Shown here one piece after another: positions 1 to 10,039 of a stretch of DNA of 64,000 nt. Every line of letters begins with the position of its first letter. Position 1 is the first letter of the stretch. Under the pieces are notes generated by a model. It was not told the DNA's origin. It was given only the letters and a program-made list of their open reading frames with translations, and made no database searches. The translations under genes were made by a program, and so were the position numbers. This stretch comes from a virus (Duplodnaviria > Caudoviricetes): the IMG/VR virus record IMGVR_UViG_2675903038_000001, positions 1 through 64,000 of that record, one strand, 5' to 3'.

Positions 1-275
1 TCCGCTTGTAGCGCTTTACCTACCCAATGGTTGAATATCGTCCAGATGCGTTGCGGATTGACTTGCATTAGCTCAGCGACACGATTGACCGGCATTTCCC
101 GTTCAATCATGGCCAAAGTCAAGGCTTCAAACAGCAAGGTGAAACCACTATTGGCGCGTGCCTACGGTACCGCTACATTAATTACATTGCCTGACGAAGT
201 CTTGATGCGGGGGAACTGCACAATGCAAATAACAAGTGTGCTCAAAGAAGTTAAGGTGTTGCCATGTCCGTTCCA
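1..275 (-). pseudogene. ISL3-family transposase fragment
   Basis: Minus strand reads PRIKTSSGNVINVAVP*ARANSGFTLLFEALTLAMIEREMPVNRVAELMQV, typical of ISL3 TnpA, with an in-frame stop; continues off the left edge. Confidence 0.7.
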
Positions 276-277
276 CC

Positions 278-421
278 AAAGCGTCAAATGTACTGCGGTT
301 CCTGGACAACATGGTTTTGATACTGGCAAGAAGGTTAATGGCCATAAACGTCACATTCTGGTGGACACACTGGGGTTATTGTTGACGGTTGTAGTGACTA
401 TGCTTCCAAACAGCTTCTTAG
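278..421 (+). pseudogene. IS5-family transposase fragment with probable IS end
   Basis: QSVK...GFDTGKKVNGHKRHILVDTLGLLLTVVVT is an IS5-family DDE segment, followed abruptly by TTCCAAACAGCTTCTTA, resembling an IS5-type end. Confidence 0.7.
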
Positions 422-517
422 AAAGAATCAGCGCAAAAGTTGCTCCAAAGCATGAACTAGTTTATCCTTTCCACCCTATTATTTCTTGGCTGAAAAATCA
501 TTTAGCAGGAGCAAAAA

Positions 518-610
518 GGAGAAGTGACCGAGTGGCTTAAGGTGCACGCCTGGAAAGCGTGTGTATGGTTTATCGCCGTACCGCGGGTTCGAATCCCGCC
601 TTCTCCGCCA
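518..610 (+). tRNA. tRNA-Ser (GGA), prophage integration target
   Basis: GGAGAAG acceptor stem pairs with CTTCTCC-G-CCA; anticodon loop CT-GGA-AA; long variable arm; GGTTCGAATCC T-loop. Confidence 0.95.
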
Positions 611-657
611 TAAAACCATTAAAAATTAAATACTTACAGATAAACGGTTGACTGTTT

Positions 658-713
658 TTGATCATATTTGGTCATGTTTTTGCATAGCGTGGTCAACATT
701 TTGGTCAACATTT
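658..713. repeat. Probable integrase arm-type sites
   Basis: Tandem TGGTCAACATTT at 690-701 and 702-713 plus degenerate TGATCATATTT/TGGTCATGTTT just upstream, between tRNA and int. Confidence 0.6.
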
Positions 714-728
714 AAGGGTTACGATCAA

Positions 729-1892
729 TTACTTTGTGATTCTGAGGATTGATAAATACTCCCCAAACATATCAAGCGCCTTGCCGCCTTGCTGCGTATT
801 TGAGGGTATCCAGCGAGCGTAAGTGTGTGCAGTAATTAACACGCTCGAGTGCCCCATCTGCGTAGATACCCAAGCCAAATTTTCTCCTGCTGATAGCATC
901 ATTGAAGCGAATGTGTGCCTAGTTTGGTAAGGGTTTCTATAGCGAACATTTGCTCGTTTCAATAATGGAATCCAAAGCGATTTCCTGATTTGCTGATCAC
1001 CGGTCCATTGCACGCCTTTAATCGGGTTAAGAAATATTTTGCCGCCTTGCAATAAAGTGTGCTGCTTTTGATTAATCAACGCTTGCTCAACAGGTGGCAG
1101 CATATCTATTTCGCGCGTCCCTGTTTTTGTTTTGGTTGTCTCATCAGCGTCAGAGAATTGAGTTTTTGCCTTGCTGATATTGATCTTCTTTCTATTGAAA
1201 TCGATGTCTGACCACTCCAACGCAATCAATTCTGATGTACGCATACCAGTCCAAAAGAACACAATGCATTGATTTTTGATTTGCCCGGCTGCGGCCTTAA
1301 TGATTGCTTGCTGCTCTTCCTGGGTAAACGGGTCCACATAATCTTTTGTGGCGGGCGCTTCATTGCGCTGATATGTCCAGCCAAGCAAAGGATTCAATTG
1401 AATCAGATCATCGTGAAGCGCGTCCTGTAGTGATGCACGTAGCGGACTTAGAATATTAGATATGCGCTTATTAGAGCAATTGAGATTGGCCGCCCACGTT
1501 CTCACATCATTTCGGCTCAAGCATGTTAATAATTTCGATCCAAATTGAGGTATTACCAGATTCTCAATTATCTTTCTGTAGTCGTTGTATGTACTGGCTT
1601 TGATGGTCGGCTTTTTATTAGCAAGCCATTCTATTAAATATGATTTGACAGTGTATTGAGATGGCGCGAACTTAAGCGCATTCTTTGAATTTGGAAACGT
1701 ATATGAATAATCAAATGTGCCTGCATCAATCGCGCTTAGTATTGCCGCTCTATGCTGGGCCGCCTTCTTTAAGTTAGTGGGCGTGGGCTTGAGTCTGATA
1801 CGCTCCTTGCAGCGCTTTCCTTTGTAGTAGAAGTCGATCTCAATCGACGAATCGCTTGACTCTCTGACTCCCGGATACTTGCCTCCACCCAT
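729..1892 (-). CDS. int: Tyrosine integrase
   Basis: N-terminal arm-binding-like region; TGMRTSEL, YQTRHTFAS, QMGH, TYARW catalytic motifs. Confidence 0.95.
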   Translation of the reverse strand: MGGGKYPGVRESSDSSIEIDFYYKGKRCKERIRLKPTPTNLKKAAQHRAAILSAIDAGTFDYSYTFPNSKNALKFAPSQYTVKSYLIEWLANKKPTIKASTYNDYRKIIENLVIPQFGSKLLTCLSRNDVRTWAANLNCSNKRISNILSPLRASLQDALHDDLIQLNPLLGWTYQRNEAPATKDYVDPFTQEEQQAIIKAAAGQIKNQCIVFFWTGMRTSELIALEWSDIDFNRKKINISKAKTQFSDADETTKTKTGTREIDMLPPVEQALINQKQHTLLQGGKIFLNPIKGVQWTGDQQIRKSLWIPLLKRANVRYRNPYQTRHTFASMMLSAGENLAWVSTQMGHSSVLITAHTYARWIPSNTQQGGKALDMFGEYLSILRITK

Positions 1893-2053
1893 GAATGATA
1901 CCCCTCAACGTTGATTAGAATTCTTCCGTCAGGCGCTTTAGTGTACTCCCGCCCCCTGATCCAGTCACCACGCGAAATTTTTGATCTGATTGCGTCCGGT
2001 GTATAGCCTGTTACTTGGCAGAATTTATCAATTGTTACGTAGTTTGCAATCAT
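1769..2053 (-). CDS. xis: Excisionase
   Basis: YVTIDKFCQVTGYTPDAIRSKISRGDW...APDGRILIN winged-HTH pattern, overlapping int start. Confidence 0.8.
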   Translation of the reverse strand: MIANYVTIDKFCQVTGYTPDAIRSKISRGDWIRGREYTKAPDGRILINVEGYHSWVEASIRESESQAIRRLRSTSTTKESAARSVSDSSPRPLT

Positions 2054-2093
2054 AATTCACCTAGCCATACGCTTTCTTCTGTTTCGCTCATAA

Positions 2094-2318
2094 CTATTTA
2101 TTTTTATCTAGGATTTTGTTGTGGCATTCTTCACAAATCGGATAACCGGGCTCGTTATATAGAGAATCATCCTCACATCTGCCAGTCGGCTCATCGCAAT
2201 CTGAGCATATCTGCCTTGTCCCTGGATAATGTGTTGCATTCCATCTCGCATGCTCTTTTTGCGTCATTGCGCGTCGTATGCCACCTGGCCATTCGTTATT
2301 GCTCATATGCATGCTCAT
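2094..2318 (-). CDS. Small Cys-rich phage protein
   Basis: CSDC...CEEC; overlaps neighbour in operon. Confidence 0.5.
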   Translation of the reverse strand: MSMHMSNNEWPGGIRRAMTQKEHARWNATHYPGTRQICSDCDEPTGRCEDDSLYNEPGYPICEECHNKILDKNK

Positions 2319-2884
2319 ATCCTTCTGAATTCAATCTTCCAAACGTATGGATCTTCATTCCACGATCCTTTCCCGTTTATTTGTTCCCAGATGCGCCAAT
2401 AAGCCTTTCTTGGTTTTTCATACGAAGTACATCCCCACTCCGCAGCTTCAGATTCACCTGGAACACCCTCGGCAATCGCATCTTCTACGCTAATATCCTG
2501 CAAACGCTCAACGCCCACACTCACCATTTCCAAATTGATACGCGATACCAGGCGCGGCATCAATATTGACGGTTTCCATCGTATATCTGAGATGTCATAT
2601 GGATTGGGAGGAGTAGCTGCGTAGTAATATTTGCCAGATATGATCTGGAACGTCTCCCTCACCCAAAGCCTGTCTCCAATTTTTCCAAACGGGCAATGAA
2701 TAGTGATATCTTGTAGCTTTGGCAGCAACAAACCGGCAAGTGGTTTTTTAAGCCAGTCGCCCATCAAATTTCCTTCTTTGCTCAATTCTGGCTGAGGATT
2801 AACGATTCTCCTGGTCTGAGTTTTGCGATTTTCCAGTAACGCCCTAACCATCTGCGATGAAAAAATAATTGGTCTTGCTTTCAT
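2315..2884 (-). CDS. ASCH/PUA-like phage protein
   Basis: RPIIFSSQMVRALLENRKTQTRR, GDRLWVRET, WKPSILMPR, VERLQDIS motifs of a common prophage family. Confidence 0.7.
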   Translation of the reverse strand: MKARPIIFSSQMVRALLENRKTQTRRIVNPQPELSKEGNLMGDWLKKPLAGLLLPKLQDITIHCPFGKIGDRLWVRETFQIISGKYYYAATPPNPYDISDIRWKPSILMPRLVSRINLEMVSVGVERLQDISVEDAIAEGVPGESEAAEWGCTSYEKPRKAYWRIWEQINGKGSWNEDPYVWKIEFRRI

Positions 2885-3786
2885 CGTGCTGCTTCAACTT
2901 TCTCAATACTCACCACTCCTCCCAGCACAGAATTGATGGCTGAGAAAGCTTCGCGCGCTGCATTGGCGCTCAGAATGATTTCAGCATCAAAGATGCTCAT
3001 CTCATCCATGTCTGGATCGCGATCTTCAAGACCGATGTAACCAATTCGTTTTAAAACTAAATCCTTGGTGAGAACGAATGAAAATTTGTCATCATAGGTC
3101 ATTGCCAACTCAACGCAGCTTCGGCCGTTTTCTATGAGCTCTTTAATATCATCCAGATTGATATTGTTGTTTGTAATTCGTATTGTTCCTCCGCCTTCAT
3201 GGTTCTTTAATAAAGCTCTATCGTCGATTGAGAAAGAGTGTGGCGGCTCACTTGTTTGTACCCAATTTGTAAATTGGGACGAGGGTATGACATTAGTCCG
3301 CCAGCGACGTAATTCATAATCTCCGCCCAAGCTTTTACACAATAACCCGATCAAGCTATCCACCTTTGTTGCACTAGAAGAATCCACCACCAATAATCCA
3401 GCTTTAAAATCAAACCATGCTCGCGTAATCGAGGCTCTGGCAAATGCTTTTGCAAGCAGTTCTATAATCACAAGCTCTTTGATTTCGCGCATTTGCTTGC
3501 GCCCAACTGAGAAACCTTGCTGTTCTTCAAATTTCTTTGAGCGCAGCTTAGTTTCTTCTACTACTACACTGGCCGGCAATACTTTGCTATCTTCTCGCAT
3601 GGCAATAACCGCCACGTTATCGACGATGCGGACTAGACTTTCTTGCGCCTCAATCGGTGGCACAAAACCTCTGCTAACCGCATCTGATGCACCGCATGGC
3701 GCGAATGGTCTGATTGATACTGCTGCCTCCAGAGTCTCCGGGGTGATTCCGGTAAAAGTTAAAATGGTTGCGTTTTTTGCGAGCAT
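2881..3786 (-). CDS. rdgC: Recombination-associated protein RdgC
   Basis: FAPCGASDAVSRGFVPP, KVLPASVV, ELLAKAF, FSFVLTKDL motifs. Confidence 0.85.
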   Translation of the reverse strand: MLAKNATILTFTGITPETLEAAVSIRPFAPCGASDAVSRGFVPPIEAQESLVRIVDNVAVIAMREDSKVLPASVVVEETKLRSKKFEEQQGFSVGRKQMREIKELVIIELLAKAFARASITRAWFDFKAGLLVVDSSSATKVDSLIGLLCKSLGGDYELRRWRTNVIPSSQFTNWVQTSEPPHSFSIDDRALLKNHEGGGTIRITNNNINLDDIKELIENGRSCVELAMTYDDKFSFVLTKDLVLKRIGYIGLEDRDPDMDEMSIFDAEIILSANAAREAFSAINSVLGGVVSIEKVEAAR

Positions 3787-3838
3787 TTTTTAGTTTCCAT
3801 TTATTTTTTTCGATTAACAAAACGTAATATTTTTATCT

Positions 3839-4324
3839 CTAAGCAGCATCTGTTTCCCACGCCACCGGCATGAAAATCTCCTGACAGTTCAACTCTGATT
3901 TTACAAATACGTAAATTCCTTTCCCGGCAGTTCCGAATAGACCGTATGACTTCCAGTCGCATTCCTCTTTGGCATTGCACTCGTAAGGATTGGTTGAGAC
4001 TCCTTCACATCCTGGGCATCGGAATTCTAGTTTTCCCATGGATGCCTTTGCCTCTTCAACAGTATTAAATATGCGAACTTTGTTACCTTTGATTTCTGGC
4101 TGTTTGGCATCTTGGTAATAGTTCATGTACCAGTAGTTGCGCTTACTCTCCCATACATCGAGGATGAGTGCTGCTGATAGTCCTGTTTTTTCTGCGTAAT
4201 GCTCAGCTCGCGCAACAACCCAGTTGAGCTTCCCTCGGTAGTCGTGAAAATTTGGACTTTTCTTCTCGTCATGCTCCACCGCAGCAACCAGTTTTTTATA
4301 TCCATCACATTCAGTAATGCTCAT
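3839..4324 (-). CDS. Hypothetical phage protein (CxxC)
   Basis: 161-aa ORF coupled to upstream gene; FRCPGC, CDWKSYGLF. Confidence 0.6.
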   Translation of the reverse strand: MSITECDGYKKLVAAVEHDEKKSPNFHDYRGKLNWVVARAEHYAEKTGLSAALILDVWESKRNYWYMNYYQDAKQPEIKGNKVRIFNTVEEAKASMGKLEFRCPGCEGVSTNPYECNAKEECDWKSYGLFGTAGKGIYVFVKSELNCQEIFMPVAWETDAA

Positions 4325-6075
4325 GCTACCGCCTCCTCTTGTACCTCAACTTGCTCAAGCACTCCGTCCTGCATCCAGTGCGCCTGAATATTGTTGAATG
4401 CGTTAGCTACGGCTTGCGCATGCTGCTTTTGCAGCGTGCCATTGATGATGCAGGTATCAATCTCATCTCTGATTGCGAGCTCTTCAAGAAACATGAATAC
4501 GCTTACTCGTGATGAACTTTCCAGAATATCCATTCCGTCGATGATGAACAGCTTCAGACCGGACACATGACTGACAGCCTCCGCCAGAAGAACATCTGCG
4601 CGCCACTGGAATGACTTTGAACTCAAACAATAGGGTCTGCCTTCCACCATTACGTTCATATCACTATCAAGCGTTACTGGAGGCCATCCGGTGATATCTG
4701 CAGTAAATTCCAATCTCTTTAGGAATGGCGCAATTGCTTCTTTTAAAAATTCTCCTGGGATACCATCTGGCGCGAGAGCATCAGCCACTTTTAGCCACTT
4801 CATTACTTGAGTGTGATGCTCAAGTGCTTTTGCCGTTTTTTGGTCTGCCTCCATTAAAGCTTTCACTTGTTCAGACAGACTTTTTATTTCATCATCAAGA
4901 GATTTTTTTTGAGACTTCAATTCATCGCGCTTGGCGGTGATCGCAAGAAACGCTGCATCGTCAATTTGTGATGTAGTTGAATTGATAGCATCAAGCTGTG
5001 CTTTTGCTTTTTCTGAATTAGCCAGATCTCGCTTATCGTTTTCAATCGAGTTGAGAATGATGTTTAGACTATTTTCAAATGTTGTCAGGTTGGCGGCTGC
5101 ATCCTCATCACCCCTCATATCGCCATGTTCTATTAGTTTTTTATCTCTGCCTAAAAATATAACCTCGGTCCCACATGATGGGCAGTGACACACTGTATCA
5201 TCGGAAGTTATGTTACTGGCCAACCGCCTAGTGTTTTCGATTAGCGCCTCTGTGTCTTTGGCTTGCTGCAAATCGAATTCTAATTTTTTCTGGATCCTTG
5301 GTATTTTGGCTGCTTCTTCTTGCAGAGTTGCAATCTCTGATGCTCTGGCATCAGACTTGCTTTTCTCAGCGTCCATAGCTCCATATTGTTGAGTAACCTG
5401 ATCATATTCAACATTAATGGTTGCAAGTAATTGCTCTTTTTCCATCACTGCATTTTGCATTTGAGTGAGGTCTCCCTCTGCTTTGGCTTTCCATTCAGGG
5501 GCCTTTTTATCACCGTAAGCCTCTCCAGTGACGCCTTTCCACAAAACCTTTTCATCTCTGGCTTTTGTTTGAGCCTCAGCTTGCGCGTCTGGAAATCCTG
5601 CGCGTAGGAGCGGAATGACATGATCAGCCATTTGCCCATCAATACCCTTGGCAATCATGCGATCTTTGATCTTTTCGCTTGTTATCTTTGTGCCCGAGAT
5701 ATTAAGAACAAGTTTGCGTATCTCATCCGATTTGGATGCTGCAAATCTGGATGCAGTGAGCACGTAGGGGAGGGCGGGCGCAGGATCAATGCCTTGCCCC
5801 TTGACCGTTCCGTTTTTCAGAATCCGATGGTAAAAATAGCTATCTCCGACCGTGACTTCTGCCATGCCATCCTCGTTGCCATTAATGAGCCAAGGAGCTT
5901 CTTGTTTGAGTTTGACGCGACAAAGACCGCCGGTTAACGCCATAGACACAGCATCTGCAATACAGGTTTTGCCCGATGCGTTATTGCCAGCAACAAAAAT
6001 AATCGGCTTCCTGACTTCGATTTCTGCTTTTTTTACAGCTAGCAAATTGTTTATATTTATATTGTCTAGTTTCAT
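4321..6075 (-). CDS. SMC/Rad50-like ATPase
   Basis: Walker A GNNASGKT, long coiled coil with CPSC hook-like motif, C-terminal FIIDG Walker B-like. Confidence 0.75.
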   Translation of the reverse strand: MKLDNININNLLAVKKAEIEVRKPIIFVAGNNASGKTCIADAVSMALTGGLCRVKLKQEAPWLINGNEDGMAEVTVGDSYFYHRILKNGTVKGQGIDPAPALPYVLTASRFAASKSDEIRKLVLNISGTKITSEKIKDRMIAKGIDGQMADHVIPLLRAGFPDAQAEAQTKARDEKVLWKGVTGEAYGDKKAPEWKAKAEGDLTQMQNAVMEKEQLLATINVEYDQVTQQYGAMDAEKSKSDARASEIATLQEEAAKIPRIQKKLEFDLQQAKDTEALIENTRRLASNITSDDTVCHCPSCGTEVIFLGRDKKLIEHGDMRGDEDAAANLTTFENSLNIILNSIENDKRDLANSEKAKAQLDAINSTTSQIDDAAFLAITAKRDELKSQKKSLDDEIKSLSEQVKALMEADQKTAKALEHHTQVMKWLKVADALAPDGIPGEFLKEAIAPFLKRLEFTADITGWPPVTLDSDMNVMVEGRPYCLSSKSFQWRADVLLAEAVSHVSGLKLFIIDGMDILESSSRVSVFMFLEELAIRDEIDTCIINGTLQKQHAQAVANAFNNIQAHWMQDGVLEQVEVQEEAVA

Positions 6076-6734
6076 TGTGTAAGTGCCTTGATAAGGTATT
6101 GATCAACGTCTGGTTGCTTTAAAAGCCACGCTCTATAATCTGGCGGGACATCTTTGATCGGTGTCCCCCGGTGCCTACCAAATGGCATTACTTTTGGAAT
6201 TCTGGCTTCTTCAGAACACAGCCATAGCTCTTCCCATGACGAAACATTTTTCAACTTATCTTTCAATATGCTCATCAGTAACAATCTATTGCCGTCCACG
6301 TCGGCTCTAGCTGAGTGTGCGTGCATGCATAAATCTCTAGCAATACTTCTATGCAAGAAATAAATCATTGAGGATTGATTGTGACTCTCTAACTCAGGCC
6401 ACAGGCTACGCGAAAGAGCGAGTGTGCAAATACGTTTTACATCAGGATTGCCAATTGCAGTCCAGTCGAAATCTACGTTGTGACCTATTAAGTACTCCAC
6501 TCCATCTGGCAATTGGAACGTGCTGGAAGGAGGGCAATCCACCAGATCCTCATCCATGATGTGATGCACCGCCATGGCAGACAGTTGGATTGGTTTGGAG
6601 GGTTTGTATCTTTCATGGAACACATTTACTACATCCAGTGATGCCAAGTCGGCAATCTCAATCCAAGCTGCTTCTACAATTTCCGGATCGTTAATTCCGG
6701 TTGTTTCTGTATCGAATATGATTGCTTTGCTCAT
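6072..6734 (-). CDS. DEDDh 3'-5' exonuclease, ExoX-like
   Basis: IFDTETTG, GHNVDFD, AHSARAD, C-terminal MPFGRHRG. Confidence 0.85.
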   Translation of the reverse strand: MSKAIIFDTETTGINDPEIVEAAWIEIADLASLDVVNVFHERYKPSKPIQLSAMAVHHIMDEDLVDCPPSSTFQLPDGVEYLIGHNVDFDWTAIGNPDVKRICTLALSRSLWPELESHNQSSMIYFLHRSIARDLCMHAHSARADVDGNRLLLMSILKDKLKNVSSWEELWLCSEEARIPKVMPFGRHRGTPIKDVPPDYRAWLLKQPDVDQYLIKALTQ

Positions 6735-6738
6735 AAAA

Positions 6739-6936
6739 TTATCCTTTGATGAATTCGCCACGAAGATTTCTCATGCTTATTCCTTCTCTTTTAAGGGTCT
6801 CATGAGGTCTAATTTTTTGAGAAAATGAATATCCGTCCGCGCTAAAATCTAATTCAACATAAATACAATCATTCATTGACTCTCTTTTTAAAATCTCATA
6901 AAGATTTTCAATTGCTTGTTTTAATTGTTCGCTCAT
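6739..6936 (-). CDS. Hypothetical protein
   Basis: 65-aa ORF with AAGGA upstream, in operon. Confidence 0.45.
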   Translation of the reverse strand: MSEQLKQAIENLYEILKRESMNDCIYVELDFSADGYSFSQKIRPHETLKREGISMRNLRGEFIKG

Positions 6937-6999
6937 AATTTACTTAAATCCTTTATCTCTTTTGAAAACCACGCTGCACTCTCGTCCTACTCATAATCA

Positions 7000-8001
7000 T
7001 CACCCCAAATCAATTTGTTTACGTTGTCTTGTCGGCTGCGGTGCAGGCTGCTCTAATACTGCTCCACTAGACTCGCCTGGCGCTTCGTTTCTGAATCCTT
7101 CAGAGACCGCCTGCTCGGTGTTTTGACTTGCTGTTGATATTTCGCCCGTTTCCTGGTCAACAGATTCTCCTGTTGCTGGGATATTCCCAACATCATGCGT
7201 CGATTTAAGGTCTTGTAGATTGACATTGGCTGAATAAGAGCCGTCCGATTGAGGCGTTACATCGATAATGTCGCGCGCTTCCTCGCTACTCCTGCCCATG
7301 CCCATGATTACATCAGGCGCATATATAGAGGCGAAGAAGGAAGCTGCGCGATACTGAAGCATCTGTAAACGCATGGCTCCTTGCCATTTTGAGCCATCCT
7401 TGGCATACCAGCCTTCCTCCACCGCCATCTGCATCGTTACTGGGATGGACTGAACAATCTCTTTCGTTGGCCGCATGTTTTCATCCAATTCATAAGCCCA
7501 GGCAATGCATTCCAAATTTTCAATTTCAACGTCATGCTCAACATAGTTGAACTTTCTGAGCTGATTATTCCAATCCGTTTTCTCTTTATACTTTGCCTTG
7601 ATGAGGCCAAGATTTTGCCGCTTGAACTTGAGCGGTGTGAACCGTCGAGACGCATTGACTGCGGCAATCTGGTATTTTGCTGACCAGCGTAATTGACCTT
7701 GGATCACATCCGCATTCTGCATGACGCTGATTACAGACAGCCCGACAGAATTAGCTACCTCCATGGCAACCAGGCAGTTGCCGATTGCTGATGGATTCTC
7801 GACTAAAGTAATGTTTCCTTGTTTGTCTTTTTTCTCATTGAATTGTCGAAATGGTTCCGGTACCGCATTGGAAGTGGCAAATGCTCTTGATATTCTGCAC
7901 GCCAGCTCAAAACCGCTTTTGGAGAAGAAATCAACCTTTACATCAGGCGTACTCACCAGTTGGTTAGTTTTCAATGCTGTTAGTTGCGTTGTTTGTTGCA
8001 T
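7000..8001 (-). CDS. Putative single-strand annealing protein (RecT/Redbeta-like)
   Basis: NCLVAMEVA, VTMQMAVEEGW, MLQYRAASFF motifs, acidic tail, near PD-(D/E)XK nuclease. Confidence 0.6.
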   Translation of the reverse strand: MQQTTQLTALKTNQLVSTPDVKVDFFSKSGFELACRISRAFATSNAVPEPFRQFNEKKDKQGNITLVENPSAIGNCLVAMEVANSVGLSVISVMQNADVIQGQLRWSAKYQIAAVNASRRFTPLKFKRQNLGLIKAKYKEKTDWNNQLRKFNYVEHDVEIENLECIAWAYELDENMRPTKEIVQSIPVTMQMAVEEGWYAKDGSKWQGAMRLQMLQYRAASFFASIYAPDVIMGMGRSSEEARDIIDVTPQSDGSYSANVNLQDLKSTHDVGNIPATGESVDQETGEISTASQNTEQAVSEGFRNEAPGESSGAVLEQPAPQPTRQRKQIDLG

Positions 8002-8034
8002 GATTTTTTCCTTTTAAAAATTTAAATACTGTGG

Positions 8035-8209
8035 TGAATGCATTAATCTAGTCTGGCTTTCTGCCGCATTTAAACCCACTTTTTTGGCTACAGCCTCCTA
8101 GTTGGCTGGTATGACGTTTTGCGGCATAAGTCATCGTTATTCCCCGTCTTTCCATGAGTGTTCGCATCTGGAGTCTCACCATAGCGGCCAGGTCTTATTG
8201 ATGCATTCA
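8035..8209. ncRNA. Putative structured RNA element
   Basis: 13-bp closing stem TGAATGCATTAAT/ATTGATGCATTCA, inner stems and possible TGCCGCA/TGCGGCA pseudoknot. Confidence 0.4.
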
Positions 8210-8240
8210 GTTAACTCTCTCTAAAATGACATGATGATTA

Positions 8241-8840
8241 TTAAAATTTGTTCCAGTAGGGATGGCGTCTCATCCGAGCATGTAGTTGCATGTGATATCC
8301 AGTGGTACAGATCATAAGGTTGCTTGGGTTATTATTGGTTTTGTCACAATCTATGTGGTGAACCACTTCTCCTTTGCGTAATTTACGGCCAATAGCTTTT
8401 TCAGCTATCAACACGTGCTCGTATCTTCGAGATTTTCTATCTTCGCTTACACGAACATAGCCGTGTGAACTCATTGATACATTGCCTCTCGCCATTAATG
8501 ATGTGGTTTCTCCTGCGCCGCGCATTTTCAATCCGCTATTGAGTATTGCTTTTATTGCACTCGTAGTTGAGATACCTAATTTCTCAGCAACATCTGTTGA
8601 CGACATCCCTGATGAGTACAATGATGCCGCCAATGAATGATCAAATTTTCTTCTGGAAAAATTTGGCTTCCCTTTTGATCTCTCTCCTTTTGATTGCATC
8701 TTGATGCCAAATTTATTTAAATGACTCCAGACTGTTGTTACAGAACAATCCATGACCTCTGCTATTTCCTTTAGAAGCTTCCCTGATTGATAAAGGTCAG
8801 ACATTTTCTTTACTTGATCTGTGCTTTTTATTTTTTGCAT
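8241..8840 (-). CDS. HNH endonuclease with N-terminal HTH repeats
   Basis: YEHVLIAE...EVVHHIDCDKTNNNPSNL; likely start MQKIKS at 8840. Confidence 0.85.
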   Translation of the reverse strand: MQKIKSTDQVKKMSDLYQSGKLLKEIAEVMDCSVTTVWSHLNKFGIKMQSKGERSKGKPNFSRRKFDHSLAASLYSSGMSSTDVAEKLGISTTSAIKAILNSGLKMRGAGETTSLMARGNVSMSSHGYVRVSEDRKSRRYEHVLIAEKAIGRKLRKGEVVHHIDCDKTNNNPSNLMICTTGYHMQLHARMRRHPYWNKF

Positions 8841-8847
8841 AACGCGA

Positions 8848-9675
8848 TTACCTTTCACGGAAAGTGCATTTATTAAAACGTGGACAGTATTTTTCATTAC
8901 AAAGCAAAGACTTGCTGTTCGGATAAAATTTCCCAGACCTGAACATATCAGCCGCAAATTCAAGCAACCCCGGCTGATCCTCAGTTCCGGTTATGATTTG
9001 CTTGGCATTTTTTATCGTGCCGGCCGCAATCCTTGCTGAACTGCTGGTGGACATTCCAAGGATTTCAGCGTCAGCCGTCACCTCTTGCCCGGTTGTATGC
9101 TCATAAAGTAGACTGTACGTCCCAACCTGGGCGCCATGTCCAGCAATGTTTGCCTTATGAAGTCCGGTTTTTTTATCTTCAATAACCGCTCTTGATCCTG
9201 TTTTAATGTCAGTAATGCCAACACTGTCGCCATCCTTGTAAATACGAGCTCTATCAAGAGAGCCGGTTAAGCAAATTGTTGTCCCTCCACCGCAATCCAC
9301 AAGCAAAGGTTTTGTCGTCATTTCTACAGCCACATAATTAAATTTATGAGCCCACTCATTGCAGTATTTAGCCGTCAAAGTGATCCCAATAATTTCCGCC
9401 TCGCGTTTTGATAAACTGTCTTTATTTGGATCAAAATCGCTATCTGGATTAGCAAGCTTATCCATCATCACCCCGGCTGCATCATCGGCAGATATTGTGG
9501 AGCCTGCCAGTCTTGCGCTATCAAATGCTGCTGTCCCTGCGTGTATTGCGGTTCCCAGGATTGCTCTGCGTCCAACAACATTTTTCATGCCGAGAATGTG
9601 GATTGCCTCGAACATATAAGCACAGTCAAATAATGACGCGAACGCACTTGCCCTAATTGTTAGTGATGGACTCAC
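8848..9675 (-). CDS. PD-(D/E)XK nuclease (RecB/Cas4-like)
   Basis: GTAIH, GSLDR, ITDIKTG, Q..TY, C-terminal Cys cluster. Confidence 0.8.
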   Translation of the reverse strand: MSPSLTIRASAFASLFDCAYMFEAIHILGMKNVVGRRAILGTAIHAGTAAFDSARLAGSTISADDAAGVMMDKLANPDSDFDPNKDSLSKREAEIIGITLTAKYCNEWAHKFNYVAVEMTTKPLLVDCGGGTTICLTGSLDRARIYKDGDSVGITDIKTGSRAVIEDKKTGLHKANIAGHGAQVGTYSLLYEHTTGQEVTADAEILGMSTSSSARIAAGTIKNAKQIITGTEDQPGLLEFAADMFRSGKFYPNSKSLLCNEKYCPRFNKCTFRER

Positions 9676-9789
9676 AACCCGCTCCTCCTGATGATCCGCC
9701 TTGCGTGCATCAATCGATACGTAAACTCAATAGCGATAATCAGAGACTTGCTGATCGATATTCCTGATCTATGGATAAACACCACCCGA

Positions 9790-10020
9790 TTAATAAAATT
9801 GCGCATTCTTTGACTCCACAAAATCCGGATTTTCAAACTCGCTTGGTCCACACTCGCCAAGCTCAATCGTCAGGATTGCAGGCTCAACAATCCGATCAAC
9901 AAGGTAGTCGTCTACCAGATTACCCACTACCGCCAGGGCTAGTATTGCCAGCATCATGATTGCCGAAAAATTAAATGCTTTTAGCTTCTCTTCGTATTTT
10001 TGTTGTTCGTTGTTCCCCAT
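9790..10020 (-). CDS. Small membrane protein
   Basis: AAGGAGG SD; one hydrophobic segment. Confidence 0.5.
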   Translation of the reverse strand: MGNNEQQKYEEKLKAFNFSAIMMLAILALAVVGNLVDDYLVDRIVEPAILTIELGECGPSEFENPDFVESKNAQFY

Positions 10021-10039
10021 ATCCAGCCTCCTTGTTGAA

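Noticed and set aside
31-540. 169-aa ORF
   Set aside because: Chimera of antisense ISL3 sequence, an IS5 fragment and the tRNA 5' end
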